The notes below the pieces were generated by a model. It was not told where the DNA came from. It was given only the letters and a program-made list of their open reading frames with translations, and searched no databases. Of a DNA stretch of 64,000 nt, positions 12,123 to 26,990 are shown one piece after another. The translations under genes and the position numbers were made by a program. How positions within the stretch are numbered: position 1 is the first letter of the stretch; the number at the start of each line of letters is the position of its first letter. This DNA comes from Octopus vulgaris (taxonomy: Eukaryota), in the NCBI GenBank assembly GCA_951406725.2, contig OX597825.1:81902001-81966000 (forward strand), in the 5' to 3' direction.

Positions 12123-12309
12123 TATATATATATATATACATGTAACCAGAAGGATAAATCTAAATATACTTTGGTAAGTACGTGAGTGTCCGAACACAAC
12201 GTTCATACCCGGGTATGCTGTCCCTAAACTCTAACCTTGGTATCTTTGGTATTAAAATACCTAGATTCTATGCATGTCGACCTGTGGGAAAGGGCCAGCC
12301 AGGAGCCCA

Positions 12310-12566
12310 TACATGTTCAGATTAGACGAAGGGAGGTGGATCGGACACACACTGTGGAAAGAAGCCTCAAATGTGACACGACAAGCACTTGACTGGAACA
12401 CGCAGGGGAAAAGGAAGCAGACATGGAAGCGGAGCATTTTGGACGAGCTCAGGACCACCGGCCTGACATGGGAAGCAGCCAAGAAACACGCCAATGACCG
12501 CAAAAAGTGGAAAACAACTGTTGAGGCCCTATGCTCCACAAGGGGCAAAAACGATTAAGAAGAAAA
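12310..12566 (+). pseudogene. RTE-clade LINE 3' end remnant
   Basis: RWIGHTLWKE..TRQALDWNTQGKRK..TWKRS..WEAAKKHANDRKKWK..VEALC followed by a short A-rich tail. Confidence 0.85.
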
Positions 12567-12583
12567 TGTGTGTATATAGATTT

Positions 12584-12815
12584 CTTGCTAGCAATTTACA
12601 GATACAAGTGCTACAGTTGAAAGCTCTGCATACCGGATACTAGAGTGTTTATGGGGTCATCATGAGAAAATGCGCTCTGTTGCGCAATGATGCCGTCGAG
12701 AGGAAGGAAGGCCTCGAAACGGCGCACACTTTCTCCTGTTGACCCCATAAACTTGCTAGCATCCGGTATGCAGAGCTTTCAACTGGTAGCATTTGTACCT
12801 GCAAGTTGTTTGCAA
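12584..12815. mobile_element. Foldback/MITE with ~90-bp imperfect inverted arms
   Basis: cagttgaaagctctgcataccggat..gtttatggggtca pairs with tgaccccataaac..atccggtatgcagagctttcaactg. Confidence 0.75.
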
Positions 12816-12851
<36 letters not shown>

Positions 12852-12889
12852 TTCATTTATTCACACACATATATACATACATATATATA

Positions 12890-12935
<46 letters not shown>

Positions 12936-13009
12936 TATAAATAAACACAGATATATAATTACATAAACACAGATGCACAACATATACACACACATACATA
13001 CATACATAC

Positions 13010-13063
<54 letters not shown>

Positions 13064-13229
13064 TACGACGGGCTTCTATTAGTTTCCGTTTACCAAATCC
13101 ACTCACAAGGCTTTGGTCGGCCCGAAGCTATAGTAGAAGACACATACGTAGTGGGACTGAACCCGGAACCATGTGGTTGGTAAGTAAGCTACTTACCTCA
13201 CAGCCAGTTTTTATGGATATATGCAAATA

Positions 13230-13279
<50 letters not shown>

Positions 13280-13778
13280 CATATATTTATATATATATGT
13301 ACATATACGTGTATATATATATGTGTATATGTATATATGTATATATATGTGTATGTATGTGTGTGTGTGTGAGTGTGTGTGTGTGTTTAAGTCAAGTTCT
13401 AAAGCTGATTAAGACAAAAGGAAAGCCAATTTGACAATGGAAGATTTACAGTGGAAAGAAAAGTGATGAGACTGAAAAAAGTTTGAAGTGACGAAAGACG
13501 AGTGAGATAAGTTGAAGAAAAGAAATGCTAAACGGAGATGAAAAGATGAAAATAGACAAAAAAAGAAAAAGAAGAAGAAAAAGAAAAGAAAATGGGAAAG
13601 AAAGGGTGGAAGAGAAAAGGGATTAACGAAGTTTCAGACCCAAACATTTTGTTTTTCAAGGGAGAATAATATTCCCGAGTGAGTTCAGTTTTAAATTACT
13701 AAACTGTCTTTAGTGGCACAAAATAGTGAAAACATGTTTGCAGCTGTCAGAACTGGGTCTTAGGGTTACTATTAGAGA

Positions 13779-14705
13779 TGGTGGTGGTGGTGGTGGTGGT
13801 GGTGGTGGTGGTGGTGGTGGTGGTGGTGGTAGTGGTGGTGAAAATGGAAATAGAGGTGCTGGTGGTGGTAAAAGTGACGGCGATGGTTGTGGAGGTGGTT
13901 GTGATGTGTAGTGGCTGTACCACCACCACCATCACCACCACCACCACCACCACCACCACCACCACCACCACCACCACCACCACCACCACCACCACCACCA
14001 CCACCACCACCACCACCACCACCTCCACCACCACCACCACCACCACCATCACCACCACCACCACCACCACCACCACCACCACCACCACCTCCACCACCAC
14101 CACCACCACCATCACCACCACCACCACCACCACCACCACCACCACCACCATCACCTCCACCACCACCACCACCACCACCACCTCCACCACCACCACCACC
14201 ACCACCACCACCACCACCACCACCCACCACCACCACCACCACCACCACCACCACCACCACCACCATCACCATCCACCACCACCACCACCACCACCACCAC
14301 CACCACCACCACCACCACCACCACCACCACCACCACCACCACCACCACCACCACCACCACCACCACCATCACCTCCACCACCACCACCATCACCACCACC
14401 ACCACCACCACCACCACCACCACCACCACCACCACCACCACCACCACCACCACCATCCACCACCACCACCACCACCACCACCACCACCACCACCACCACC
14501 ATCACCTCCACCACCACCACCACCACCACCACCATCACCACCACCATCACCACCACCACCACCACCACCATCACCACCACCACCACCACCACCACCACCA
14601 TCACCACCACCACCACCACCACCACCATCACCTCCACTACCACCACCACCACCACACATCACCACCACCACCACCATCACCACCACCACCAACACCACCA
14701 CTACC
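13779..14705. repeat. (GGT)n followed by ~780-bp (CCA)n microsatellite
   Basis: Directly visible; source of the poly-P/T/H/V/G ORFs. Confidence 0.95.
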
Positions 14706-15111
14706 TTCACTGCTACCTTTTGTTTTCCTTTAAAAACTGGAATGCTAGTGGTTGTCATGATGTCCGACAGTGACTACCATCAGCCCAATCCAACCGTGGC
14801 CTTACCACCCGAAATTTACTGCGCTACAGTTTTGCTGTTACTTTTATTATTGCTTAGAAATAATGACGATACGCTACTGGTTTCAAATTTTGGCACAAGG
14901 CCAGCAATTTCTGGCTGGAGAGGGGACATGTCGATTGCATCGGCCCCCAACGTTCAATTAATACTTAGTGCTATCGACCCCGGAAATACGAAAAGCAAAG
15001 CTGACCCAGTCGGAAGAAATGCCGTGACGCATTTTTACCTGTGCGGTAACGATTCCGCCTGCTCACCGCCTTCTATGATTACGGAACATTATTAAATATT
15101 ACACCTGTATA

Positions 15112-15500
15112 AGGCGACGGGCTGGCAGAAACGTTAACACGCCGGACTAAATGCTTAGCCGCGTTTCGTCCGGCTTTACGTTCTGAGTTCAAATTCCACC
15201 GAGGTCGATTTTGCCTTTCATTCTTTCTGGGTCGATAAATTAAGTACCAGTTACGCATGGGGTCGATGTAATCGACGTTATCCCTTTGTCTGTCCTTGTT
15301 TGTCCCCTCTATGTTTAGCCCCATGTGGGCAATAAAGAAATAAGAAAAGTTAGCATGCTGGACGAAATGCTTAGCCGCTTTAGGTTCTGAGTTCAAATAC
15401 CGAGGTCGATTTTGCCTTTCATTCTTTCGGGGTCGAACCCCGGGGTGAGTAATCGCCTCCCTCCACCTCCCCCAAGCTGCCCTTGTGGTAAAAATTTTAA
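15112..15500 (+). mobile_element. tRNA-derived SINE family B (Meta-like core), tandem copies
   Basis: ggcg..gctggcagaaacgttagcacgccgg..gagttcaaattccgccgaggtcgactttgcctttcatcctttcggggtcgataaattaagtaccag; further copies at ~20520-20950, 22668-23100, 24454-24670, 27155-27370, 40205-40368, 59020-59250. Confidence 0.85.
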
Positions 15501-15611
15501 ATAATTATCAAATACAGTCCTATATTTAAGAGATGAGAAATTATTTACATTATGTAGATTATTTATATTATTTACATTTGACGGATATTTGTTCTCATCT
15601 TATTTGTTGCT

Positions 15612-15657
15612 AACACAACGTTTCGGCTGATACACCCTCCAGCCTTCATCAGGTGTC
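15612..15657 (-). ncRNA. Minimal hammerhead ribozyme motif in a Penelope-like repeat (~15525-15725)
   Basis: Minus strand gacac-CTGATGA-a-ggctg..cagcc-GAAACGTT-gtgtt; adjacent inverted duplication 15646-15676 / 15692-15722. Confidence 0.7.
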
Positions 15658-16251
15658 TTGGGGAAATTTCGAACCTGGGTTCTCATTCCTAAGGTTCGAA
15701 ATTTCTCCAAGACACCTGATGATCAGCCAGACTTGGTTGTCACCGACGTGACCAACTGGTTGAGTCGTCACCGACAGACTTTTGCTTGAGGTATTCTTGC
15801 TTTTATAACTATCCAGAAGGATAGATATATCATTGAGAACAATATATTTTGTTGGTGGTCTTGTTATCTCTATTATATCTTTTGGTGAAGTAGGAGAGGT
15901 TAGAAAGGGTCAAGTGGTGAAGACATTATTTCGGCCTAGTTAAAGGCATCTGGAAAATGTAAAACTGCTGTCAGAGAAAAACCATTGTTCCACCGTGTTT
16001 TCTTTGTATCGTCTATCTGGATGTCTTGTCCCATTTTGTATTGCCTTATATATATATTAATAAATAAAACATATGCATATATATATATACATATATGTAC
16101 TACCTACCTCTACATGTATATATACACGCATATATGAGTACAGGACACCAAAAAAAAAAAAAAAAACGTCGAACACAATGAGAAACGAAAACATAGACAC
16201 AAACCCAAAGAACTGGACATTTTTCTTAAACAACAAAAAATAGAGTACAGG

Positions 16252-16316
<65 letters not shown>

Positions 16317-16318
16317 CA

Positions 16319-16403
<85 letters not shown>

Positions 16404-16944
16404 AAGGAATTTGGTCATTTGGTCGAAAAAGTGAACAAATGAAGGATTCGTATCCCGCCTTTAGAAGAATATTTCGGTAAAATTCCTGAAAACCGAGCAT
16501 CTCCTATCTTTCAAAGAAACCGCAGAACGTGCTAAGTGAGGCAGAGATATCTATGTATCCTGCTTTAGGTAAATATATCGCTGAAAGACAATTTACTTTG
16601 GTATTCGTCCAGGAATAACATATCATATGGATTTACTTTGTTTAAACACACTACACACGCACGCCCGTGCCCGCGCTCACACTCACGCACACACACTCGC
16701 AATACTCACACACATTAGAAGGAGACGGAAATAGTGCCAACAGCGACAAGCATTTTATCCTCGTTGGGCTTTCTTAATGGCGTATACTCACAGCCAGACA
16801 CTTGCTCAGATGAGATTTATAGAAAACGGTGTATAAACTTCCGATTTATAGAAAACTGTATAAATCCTTCACTGAGATTGCGTATAGGTGCACGGCTGAA
16901 TAAAAATCCGTCCTCCGCAATAGAAGCAACATTGTATTAAAACG

Positions 16945-17107
<163 letters not shown>

Positions 17108-18429
17108 GAGGCGCAATGGCCTAGTGGTTAGGGCAGCGGACTTGCAGTCGTAGGGTCGTATGATACGTAGATAGCTACTTTAATTGAACACTGTTTCTGT
17201 TGCATATAACGGAAATGAGATAGAGAGCCAGAAGAGCATTGCGTTGACATATCTCTGAGGAAGTTATTTTTTCTATAGATACAAAATCCCAGAAATATTA
17301 TAGCAGCGAAGTGAGATTGCGGAGTGTTTATGGTTTTTGAAAGCTGTCGCCAACATAGATGAAGTTAAACAATTGTGATTGAGAATCGAAACCGGATCGG
17401 GATGACGGTTTGCTTACAGTTCACATTTTCTCTGAATGGCGTTCATTATTTTATATGAACATAAACATCTGCTAACATCATTAGTATCGCTTTTCGCGGG
17501 CCACAGATCGAGTGGTTTTGTTTGTAATTAAGCTAAATCTGTGAATGGATGTAACCGTATCAGGGAAGGATTGCAACCGTGGTAATGGTGCTACATGTAC
17601 TTATAATTCAATTTTGGGTTGTTTTTTTATGCACCGTCTCCTGGCACTTGGATGCTTTTAGTGAAGTCAGTCTTGCAAGCATTCGGGTCACGTTTCCGGT
17701 CTGGGGGTAAATTCCGCTTTTGTCCATCATTGCGAAGCTTTTGTCGAAACTCCCAGGTTTCTTCTCTGACTTAGTAATAAATATTAATGCATTTCACACA
17801 CGTCCCTAACCCTCCTACACTGCAAAAAAAACAACAAAGAAAAAACGAAGTTTTATTCCATCTAAATTAATCATTTAATTAACAATAGCAGGATTTGAAC
17901 TTTGACCTGAGGATAAACAGTAGCAGCAGCAACAACAACAACAACAACAACTATTGCCCTTGAGTCGACCCTTGTGTTGAGTGGATACAATTACAATAAC
18001 AAATAGATGGTGGGTTCACATCTCACAAGAGACGTTACGTCGCGTGTTTTTCAGGTAAGATTGGCAAGACATCTAACTTACATCAGTCTAATTAAGAACT
18101 TATTAAATAAGACACCTGCTGCTAATTAACATAGAACTGATACTTGATTAAAGGTCTCAGTCATTTTAATGGCGGCAGTCATTTTATTCTCAACAGACCT
18201 TTGAGAACAGAATAGATCGAAGAGCCTTTTCTTTCGATGAAGAGAATCATACCACTTCTTTCTAATCGTATGATCGAATGGTTAAGGAGTTCACTTCGTA
18301 ATCAGGCGATTTGGGGTTCGATTCGATTGCGCGACACTTCGGGCAAGTATCTTCCACGATTATCGCCTGTCAGTAATTCATTGAGGTCAGTTTCATTTAA
18401 CATAACCCCTTTTTCTATAAACATTGACA

Positions 18430-18947
18430 GTAGGAAGCGAAGGAGACCCAGTCAACCCAAGTATATTACTAGTAATATTTTATTTCGCTTTCCATGGAGC
18501 AAAGGACATCGATGTCTTTTCTTTGTTGTTCTCGGCTTTGGACTGGCTTTTCTGCTTCTCACTCATTGGATCCCTGCTTTTCCAGTTCTGCCTTAGTATC
18601 CAACATTCAGGTAATTTTTGGGCGTCGACACCCACTTCAGCTTCCCTTGTGGGTTCCAGGTCATATATGTCCCCCGAGGGGAGGCCTTCCTCTCCCACGT
18701 CTTGTTGGTTCTGAATTGTCATCGATGCTTTTGTAACTTTGCCCTTTTTTTCTAGATAGATGTGTTGGCCCGACGCAAATCCATTTTTATCTCTGGGAAG
18801 AAGTGGTTACTATTAATCTGGTCCTTACCTTTTGGCTTGGCCATCATGGGAGGCTACGCCAAGAGCTTGCGTACCGCCGGCATGGCTGTCAGGTTCATCG
18901 AAGCATATAAGCCATCGCATCCCTACAAGGACTGTACCTTGTGGAGA
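18430..18947 (-). mobile_element. RTE-type LINE 5' UTR and ORF start remnant
   Basis: Minus strand ccttgtagggatgcgatggctt..gccatgccggcgg..cccatg..accagattaa resembles RTE 5' ends; followed by a short ORF ending ..MSFAPW. Confidence 0.5.
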
Positions 18948-18979
18948 AATATTTTGTTTAGTTCAGAAAGAATAAGAAA

Positions 18980-19151
18980 GTAGGAGTGGCTGTGTGGTAA
19001 GTAGCTTGCTTACCAACCACATGGTTCCAGGTTCAGCCCCACTGCGTGGCACCTTGGACAAGTGTCTTCTACTATAGCCTCGGGTCGACCAAATCCTTGT
19101 GAGTGGATTTGGTAGACGGAAACTGAAAGAATCCCTGTATTTATTTTTTTT

Positions 19152-19200
<49 letters not shown>

Positions 19201-19394
19201 TAGAGAGAGAGAGAGAGAGAGAGAGAGTTTACGAAAAGAACAAAGACGAAGACGGTGGTGTACAAAACAAACAGATGTATTAGTATAACGCTCAAGAATA
19301 GAAAGAGTCTTTCGTTTCGAGTCGCTCTTCCACAGAAAGGGACACAGAAAAACAAGGAGAGTAAAAATGTGAGTGGCTAACGATCTATCATGGT

Positions 19395-19475
<81 letters not shown>

Positions 19476-19650
19476 TACCACCGAACGTCGCTTGACAACC
19501 AATGCTGGTGTGTTTACGTCCCCGTAACTTAGCAGTTCGGCAAAAGAGACCGATAGAATAAGTACTAGGCTTACAAAGGGGGTCGATTTGCTCGACTAAA
19601 GGCTGTGCTCCAGCATGGCCGCTGTCAAATGACTGAAACAAGTAAAAGAG
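18980..19650 (+). mobile_element. SINE family A interrupted by a (TA)n-flanked insertion (~19200-19400)
   Basis: Head at 18980-19140 and tail at 19470-19650. Confidence 0.8.
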
Positions 19651-20106
19651 TAAAAGAGATAGCAGAATTTGAACTTTGACCCGAGGATAAACAAAAACAA
19701 CAACAGCAGCAGCAGTAACAACTGTTGACCGGATACAATCACAGTAAGAGACAGATGGAGGGTTCGCATCTCACAAGAGACGTTACGTCGTGTGTTTTTC
19801 AGGTAAGATTGGCAAGACATCTAACTTGCATCAATCTAATTAAGAACTCATTAGGCAAGACGCCTGCTGCTAATTAACAGAGAACTAATACTTAATTAAA
19901 GGTCTCTGAATAGCTCCTGGTATCTACCAGTGATAATTAACATATCTTAAATATTTCCTTGCCCCACCATATATATGTGTGTGTGTGTGTTATATATATG
20001 TGTATATTATATATATAAATATATACATACATATGTATACACACGTATATATATATATGCATATATACATATATATACGTATGTATATATATATATCATG
20101 TGTATA

Positions 20107-20143
<37 letters not shown>

Positions 20144-20191
20144 TACATACATACATACACACATGCATACATACATACATACATACATACA

Positions 20192-20225
<34 letters not shown>

Positions 20226-21539
20226 CATACATATACGTATGTGTGTGTACATATGTGTGTGTATATGCGCACGAACGCCTGTTAACTTCTTAATATCCGG
20301 TACTAAGTGTACATAAACCTAAACACACATTTGTTATATATCAATGACTGTGGTCAATGGAATTTGTTCCTACATGTTTGGATAAGAAACAGAAAACCAA
20401 ATTAAAATCTTTTAGGAATAAAAAAAAAAACACACCAGAAACTCCCTCGTCGTCGTCTTTCTTGTTTTTCTTGTTATTGTTGTTGTTATTGCTTCTGTTG
20501 TTGTATCGTTACCATGTTGTTTGGCGGCAAGATGGCAGATTCGTTAGAGCGTCGGACGAAATGCCTTCTGGCATTTCTTCCGACTCATTACGTTCTGATA
20601 TCAAATTCTGCCTAAGCTAAATTCGCTTTTCATTCCTCCCGGGTCGATAATATAAATACCAGTTAAATACTGGGGTCAAGGGGTTTCGACTAACCCCTTC
20701 TTACAAAATCGTTGGGTTTGTGCCTAAATTAGAAACCCTTATTTAAAAGCGGCGAGGTGGTAGAAATCGCTATCGTGTCGGATAAAACGTTCATCAGCAT
20801 TTCTTCCGGCACTCTCTGCTCTGAGTTCAAGTCCCGTAGAGCCATATTCGTTCTACATCCTTCCAGGATCGATGAAATAAAGAACCAGTCAAGTACGGGT
20901 ATCGATTACCCTACTCCCACAAAATTGCCGGCCTTGTGCTAAAATAAGAAAAAATAATTATCATTATCCGTCTTGCATTATTTCTTTCGTTTTGTCGTTT
21001 TTTATGTTTCGAGTTCAAATCCTGATGGGGGTGGTCTTTGCTTTTCCATCAATCCAGGGTCAACAAAATGAAGTACCAATCAAGTACAGGAGTCGACTGT
21101 TTTTTCTCTCCACATATACACATGCGTATGCGCGCGCACACACATACAAACACTCACACACACAAACACACACAATCATTCAGGACTGCATCCAGAAGTG
21201 GCCCACTCGAACGATAAGCATAAAGTCTCACTCGTCCGGACATCTTCCAGCCACTGGCACACAAGCACCATGTCTCCCCACCCTGTGGCTCATCTACCGC
21301 TACTATAATGACTTCCGATGCTCGATTCCCGACCACCCCTCACCCCTGTTGTGTACTTCCCTAGGCACCTCACTAATCAACGCGCCACTAATGGTGGTGA
21401 TTAGTATAAACGACAAGAAATAAATTGCAATTAAAATGGCTTTTACAGTTCTATAATTAAGAGATGAGGAATTATTTACATTATTTACATTTGACGGGTA
21501 TTTCTCCTCATCTTGTTTATTGTTAACGCAACGTTTCGG

Positions 21540-21614
<75 letters not shown>

Positions 21615-21965
21615 ATATGTATATGTATATATATATATGTATGTATAACAAATGAAAGCTAGAAGATGGAATATACGAGAATATATTATTAATCACAACA
21701 ATTGTTTCGACACATCTAGCATCGACTCCTCTTGTGGGACACGCAAAAACTGGTTCAGGAGTATCCGGTGGTGCAGACGTATCACGTCAGGCGATAAAGA
21801 AAATCGTTAAAATGACTGTTCCATAATGCAAATTTCCGTTTTGTAGAGAGGAAAACAGCCAGACGGAGGAAAATTCTTCATATATATATAGAAGATCCAA
21901 AAATAAAATTGCAGAAGACAAAAAGAGAAACGAACACTTAATCCAGCGAGATAGATAGATAAATG

Positions 21966-22023
<58 letters not shown>

Positions 22024-22667
22024 CAGAGGAGCCGTACGCTTCTATGGCAGAAGTTAGTAATCTTCGTCATCATAGTAACCATTGACAATATTCTCTGAAT
22101 CATTACTGCAGAGGATTTGAACAGTCTTAGGCCATGATACTGCTCATCACAAGAACGATTGATGTGTGTAGAATTTAGAGTCTCGCCCAGGAACAAAACT
22201 AACACACCTGTATCAAAACCTTCGTCGACACACCTCTTCCAAATCGTACAGGTGATAATAAATGAAAAACAACACAGCGATTCAGCCATTTGGTTTCTCG
22301 AAGTAGTTTAAAGTGTCTTAACATTAGATTTGATGCAGCTGGGATTATTAATAGTGAAAACAGTGGAATTAATGAATCCACGAATATGAACTGTGGGAAA
22401 GTGAGAATTATGAAGTCAGTGGTGGAGGGGGAAGAGGTTCTAGCTGTGATGGCGTTGGGGCGTGAGGTGGCGGCGGTGGTGGTGGTTGACGGTGGCGGCG
22501 GTGGTGGTGGTTGACGGTGGTGGCAGTGACGGTTGGCGTTACCTTCGTAGTCCCACGAAGAATATTTGTGTTGGCGCTGCTGATAGTAGGGGTAACGGTG
22601 GCTGTTAACGATAATAGTGGTACTAATAATACTAATAATGATGGTGGTGATAATATTAGTGGTGTCG

Positions 22668-23100
22668 AAGGCGGCGAGTTGGCAGAAACGTTAGCACGCC
22701 GGGCGAAATGCTTAGCGATATTTCGTCTGTCGCGACGTTCTGAGTTCAAATTCCGCCGAGGTCGACTTTGCCATTCATCCTTTCGGAGTCGATTAAATAA
22801 GTACCAGTTACGCACTGGGGTCGATATAATCGACTTAATCCCTTTGTCTGCCCTTGTTTGTCCTCTATGTTTAGCCCCTTGTGGGTAGTAAAGAAATAAG
22901 AAACGTTAGCTCGCCGGGCGAAATGCCTTGCGGTATTTCGTCTGCCGTTACGTTCTGAGTTCAAATTCCGCCGAGGTCGACTTTGCCATTCTTCCGTTCG
23001 AGCTCGATAAATTAAGTACCAGTTGCGTACTGGGGTCGATCTAATCGACTGGCTCCCCCCACCTAAAAGTTTCGGGCCTTGTGCCTAGAGTAGAAAAGAA
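22668..23100 (+). mobile_element. SINE family B, tandem dimer
   Basis: Two consecutive units with the cctttcggagtcgattaaataagtaccag-type core. Confidence 0.85.
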
Positions 23101-23501
23101 TATAAATGGTGTTGTTGATGGCGGGGGTTGATAGTCATTCCGGTGGTGTTTTTTCTGTTTGTAGCAGTGACCCCCAATAGGGTACGCGGTGGCAGCGGTG
23201 ATCATGTTGGTGGTGGCTTTGCTGCGAGAAGTGGCGGCGGCAGCGGCGGCTAATATCGTCAGTGGTGCTAATAGTATTGGCAGTAGTGGGAGTGGTAGTC
23301 GGTGGTGGTATTGGCGGTGGTGTCGAAAGAGTGGTGCCGGTGGTAGTGGTGGTGATGTTTGTGTATGAGGTGTATTAACAGCTGGGGTATATACACTTGT
23401 AGCACGGTTTAACTTGCAATCTGATTACTGTGGCTGCTGAATGAGGGATCACAAGCTTTGTCTTACACATACATACATACACACACATATATATATGTAT
23501 G

Positions 23502-23536
<35 letters not shown>

Positions 23537-23769
23537 ATATATGTATATATATAAATGTATATAAATATATACACTCATATATAAATATATATATACATAT
23601 ATTTATACATATATACATGTATATATATAAATGTATATAAATATATATATACATATATATACATGTATATATATAAATGTATATAAATATATACACTCAT
23701 ATATAAATATATATATATACATATATTTATACATATATACATGTATATATGTAAATATTTATATATGTC

Positions 23770-23809
<40 letters not shown>

Positions 23810-23969
23810 TATATGTATATAATTATATATATATTTAGGTATATACATGTATATATGTATATAGATTTATATATATATATGTATGTATATATATGTGTGT
23901 ATATATATATATTTATATGTATGTATCTATATATATATTTTTGTCTGTCTGTCTGTCTGTCTGTCTGTT

Positions 23970-24005
<36 letters not shown>

Positions 24006-25019
24006 GAAGGGGAGCAGATGAAAACCTCAGAGGTGACCAGGTGCTAGATGTTATTCCAGTTGGTCTTTAAAACGTGGCCAACAGCTGACACACAACAAAC
24101 ATACAGCGTAATAATAACCAGCTTATAAATGTATCCCTCTACAGTCTATAAAACCACTTCCAAACATGCCGTAGGTTCAGAACCCCCTCCCCCCTGGTCC
24201 CTGATGTGGTATCTCCAATAAAGACTTGCTGTCAGCTGATATCCAGTTGATAGAGTGAAGTAAGATCAGGGCCCAGGTCCTAGATGTAGCTTAACTGCGC
24301 CAACGAACACTCACCAATAGTCGATGTTTCGTGGATGCCGCGGAAAGGAATCTGCGACCAGGTCCCAGATGTAGCATAACACGGTCAATAAAAACAGGCC
24401 AAGAACCGTCTTTTAACAGAATCAGAAGGATCGTCTGACTGATGGAATGGGTTGAAGGCGGCGAGCTGGCAGAGACGTTAGCACGCCGGGCGAAATGCGT
24501 AGCCGTATTTCGTCTGCCGTTACGTTCTGAGTTCAAATTCCGCCGAGGTCGACTTTGCCTTTCATCCTTTCGGGGTCGATAAATTAAGTACCAGTTACGC
24601 ACAGGGGTCGATATAATCGACTGGACCCCGCCACACAAACTTTCGGGCCTTGTGCCTAGAGTAGAAAAGGAATGGGTTAACTCATTCATGCCGATCGTCC
24701 GTTTAAACTGACCCTTAATTTTATAAGGGTATAAAACAAATACTTGATTACAGATTGTAATTTGTGTATGATCTGTATCAAAGAATGAAATATGTTCTTA
24801 ACGCGTATGGCCGTCTGTAGGAAACGGATTTCAATGAAATTTTTTTTTTTGCAGTCGTTATTTAGGTCAAAATAATAGAATCTGTGAATTTTCAGGCAAT
24901 TTCATTCAGTAGAAAAGATTTCGGCAGGAATGGGTTAAGTCTGCAACAAGATGTACGAGGAATTGTTTTGAAACTTTAGAGCAGAAGATACTGTTAAAAT
25001 AAACAGAAGTGGATATAAT

Positions 25020-25905
<886 letters not shown>

Positions 25906-26639
25906 GTCTTTTTGTTTATTTTACCCTCGTTTTTCCATACTCTCATTGGCTGAACGAGGACTTATTAAGGCAGTATTTTACAGCCGGATGCCCTTCCTCT
26001 CACCAACCGTTATCCGTTTTTTTCTCCATTGTTTCAAATAAAATCACTATTTTTCATTCCACACCAAAGTGCAGCGTTAAAGAACCTATTCCTTATATAC
26101 AAGGAACAACTAATTTCATCAGACTTAATCCCAAGATGCCAGGGAAAGGAAACGGCTGAAACCAAAAGCGCAGGGTTGAGAATCAGGCTTTCTAATAACA
26201 CAGACATAACCGATACACAATTCGTCCCACACACATTAATCTAGTGTTTAATCGTATGTCATCGTTGACCTAAAAGTCTTCTTATGTAAGGCCTTCCTAT
26301 AACCTATTTTATCCTTACAACGTGACCCCCCCGCTGGCACAATGAAAGCACGAAACCTCCCCCCCCCCAACATTCCCCTTCTCTCTCTCTCTCTCTCTCG
26401 TGTTCTCTTCAGTTATAAATATGTTTCTAGTTAACAATTCACAAACATAATAATAATCAAAGAATGTGTTTGTGATTACGATGGAATTATTCATAGCACA
26501 CACACACGTACACACACACACGTACACACACGTACACACACACACGTACACACACATGCATATGCATACGTAGTACAAATGTATACATCTATTTATGAAT
26601 ATATGTATGTAGAGGTGTTTGTGTGTGTATGAGTGTGTG

Positions 26640-26764
<125 letters not shown>

Positions 26765-26946
26765 ATATGTATATAAATGGAAAGAGAGAGAGAGAGAGAG
26801 AGAGACTTGAGAGGTAGAAACTTTAACCCAGACATATTTTTGCCGCCCTGACATGGGGAATATGATCGTAAGGTGCTCAATAAATGAACATTAAAATAGA
26901 CACACACACACACACACATTCAAGCGTAATATTAACTATATATACA

Positions 26947-26990
<44 letters not shown>

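Noticed and set aside
13758-13770. TTAGGG telomeric seed (also ~57744)
   Set aside because: Single units only.
13747-15095. Long poly-Pro/Thr/His/Val/Gly ORFs (up to 394 aa)
   Set aside because: Stop-free trinucleotide microsatellite open in several frames on both strands.
17600-17780. Possible minus-strand coding exon
   Set aside because: Short open frames with no recognisable homology and a weak acceptor.
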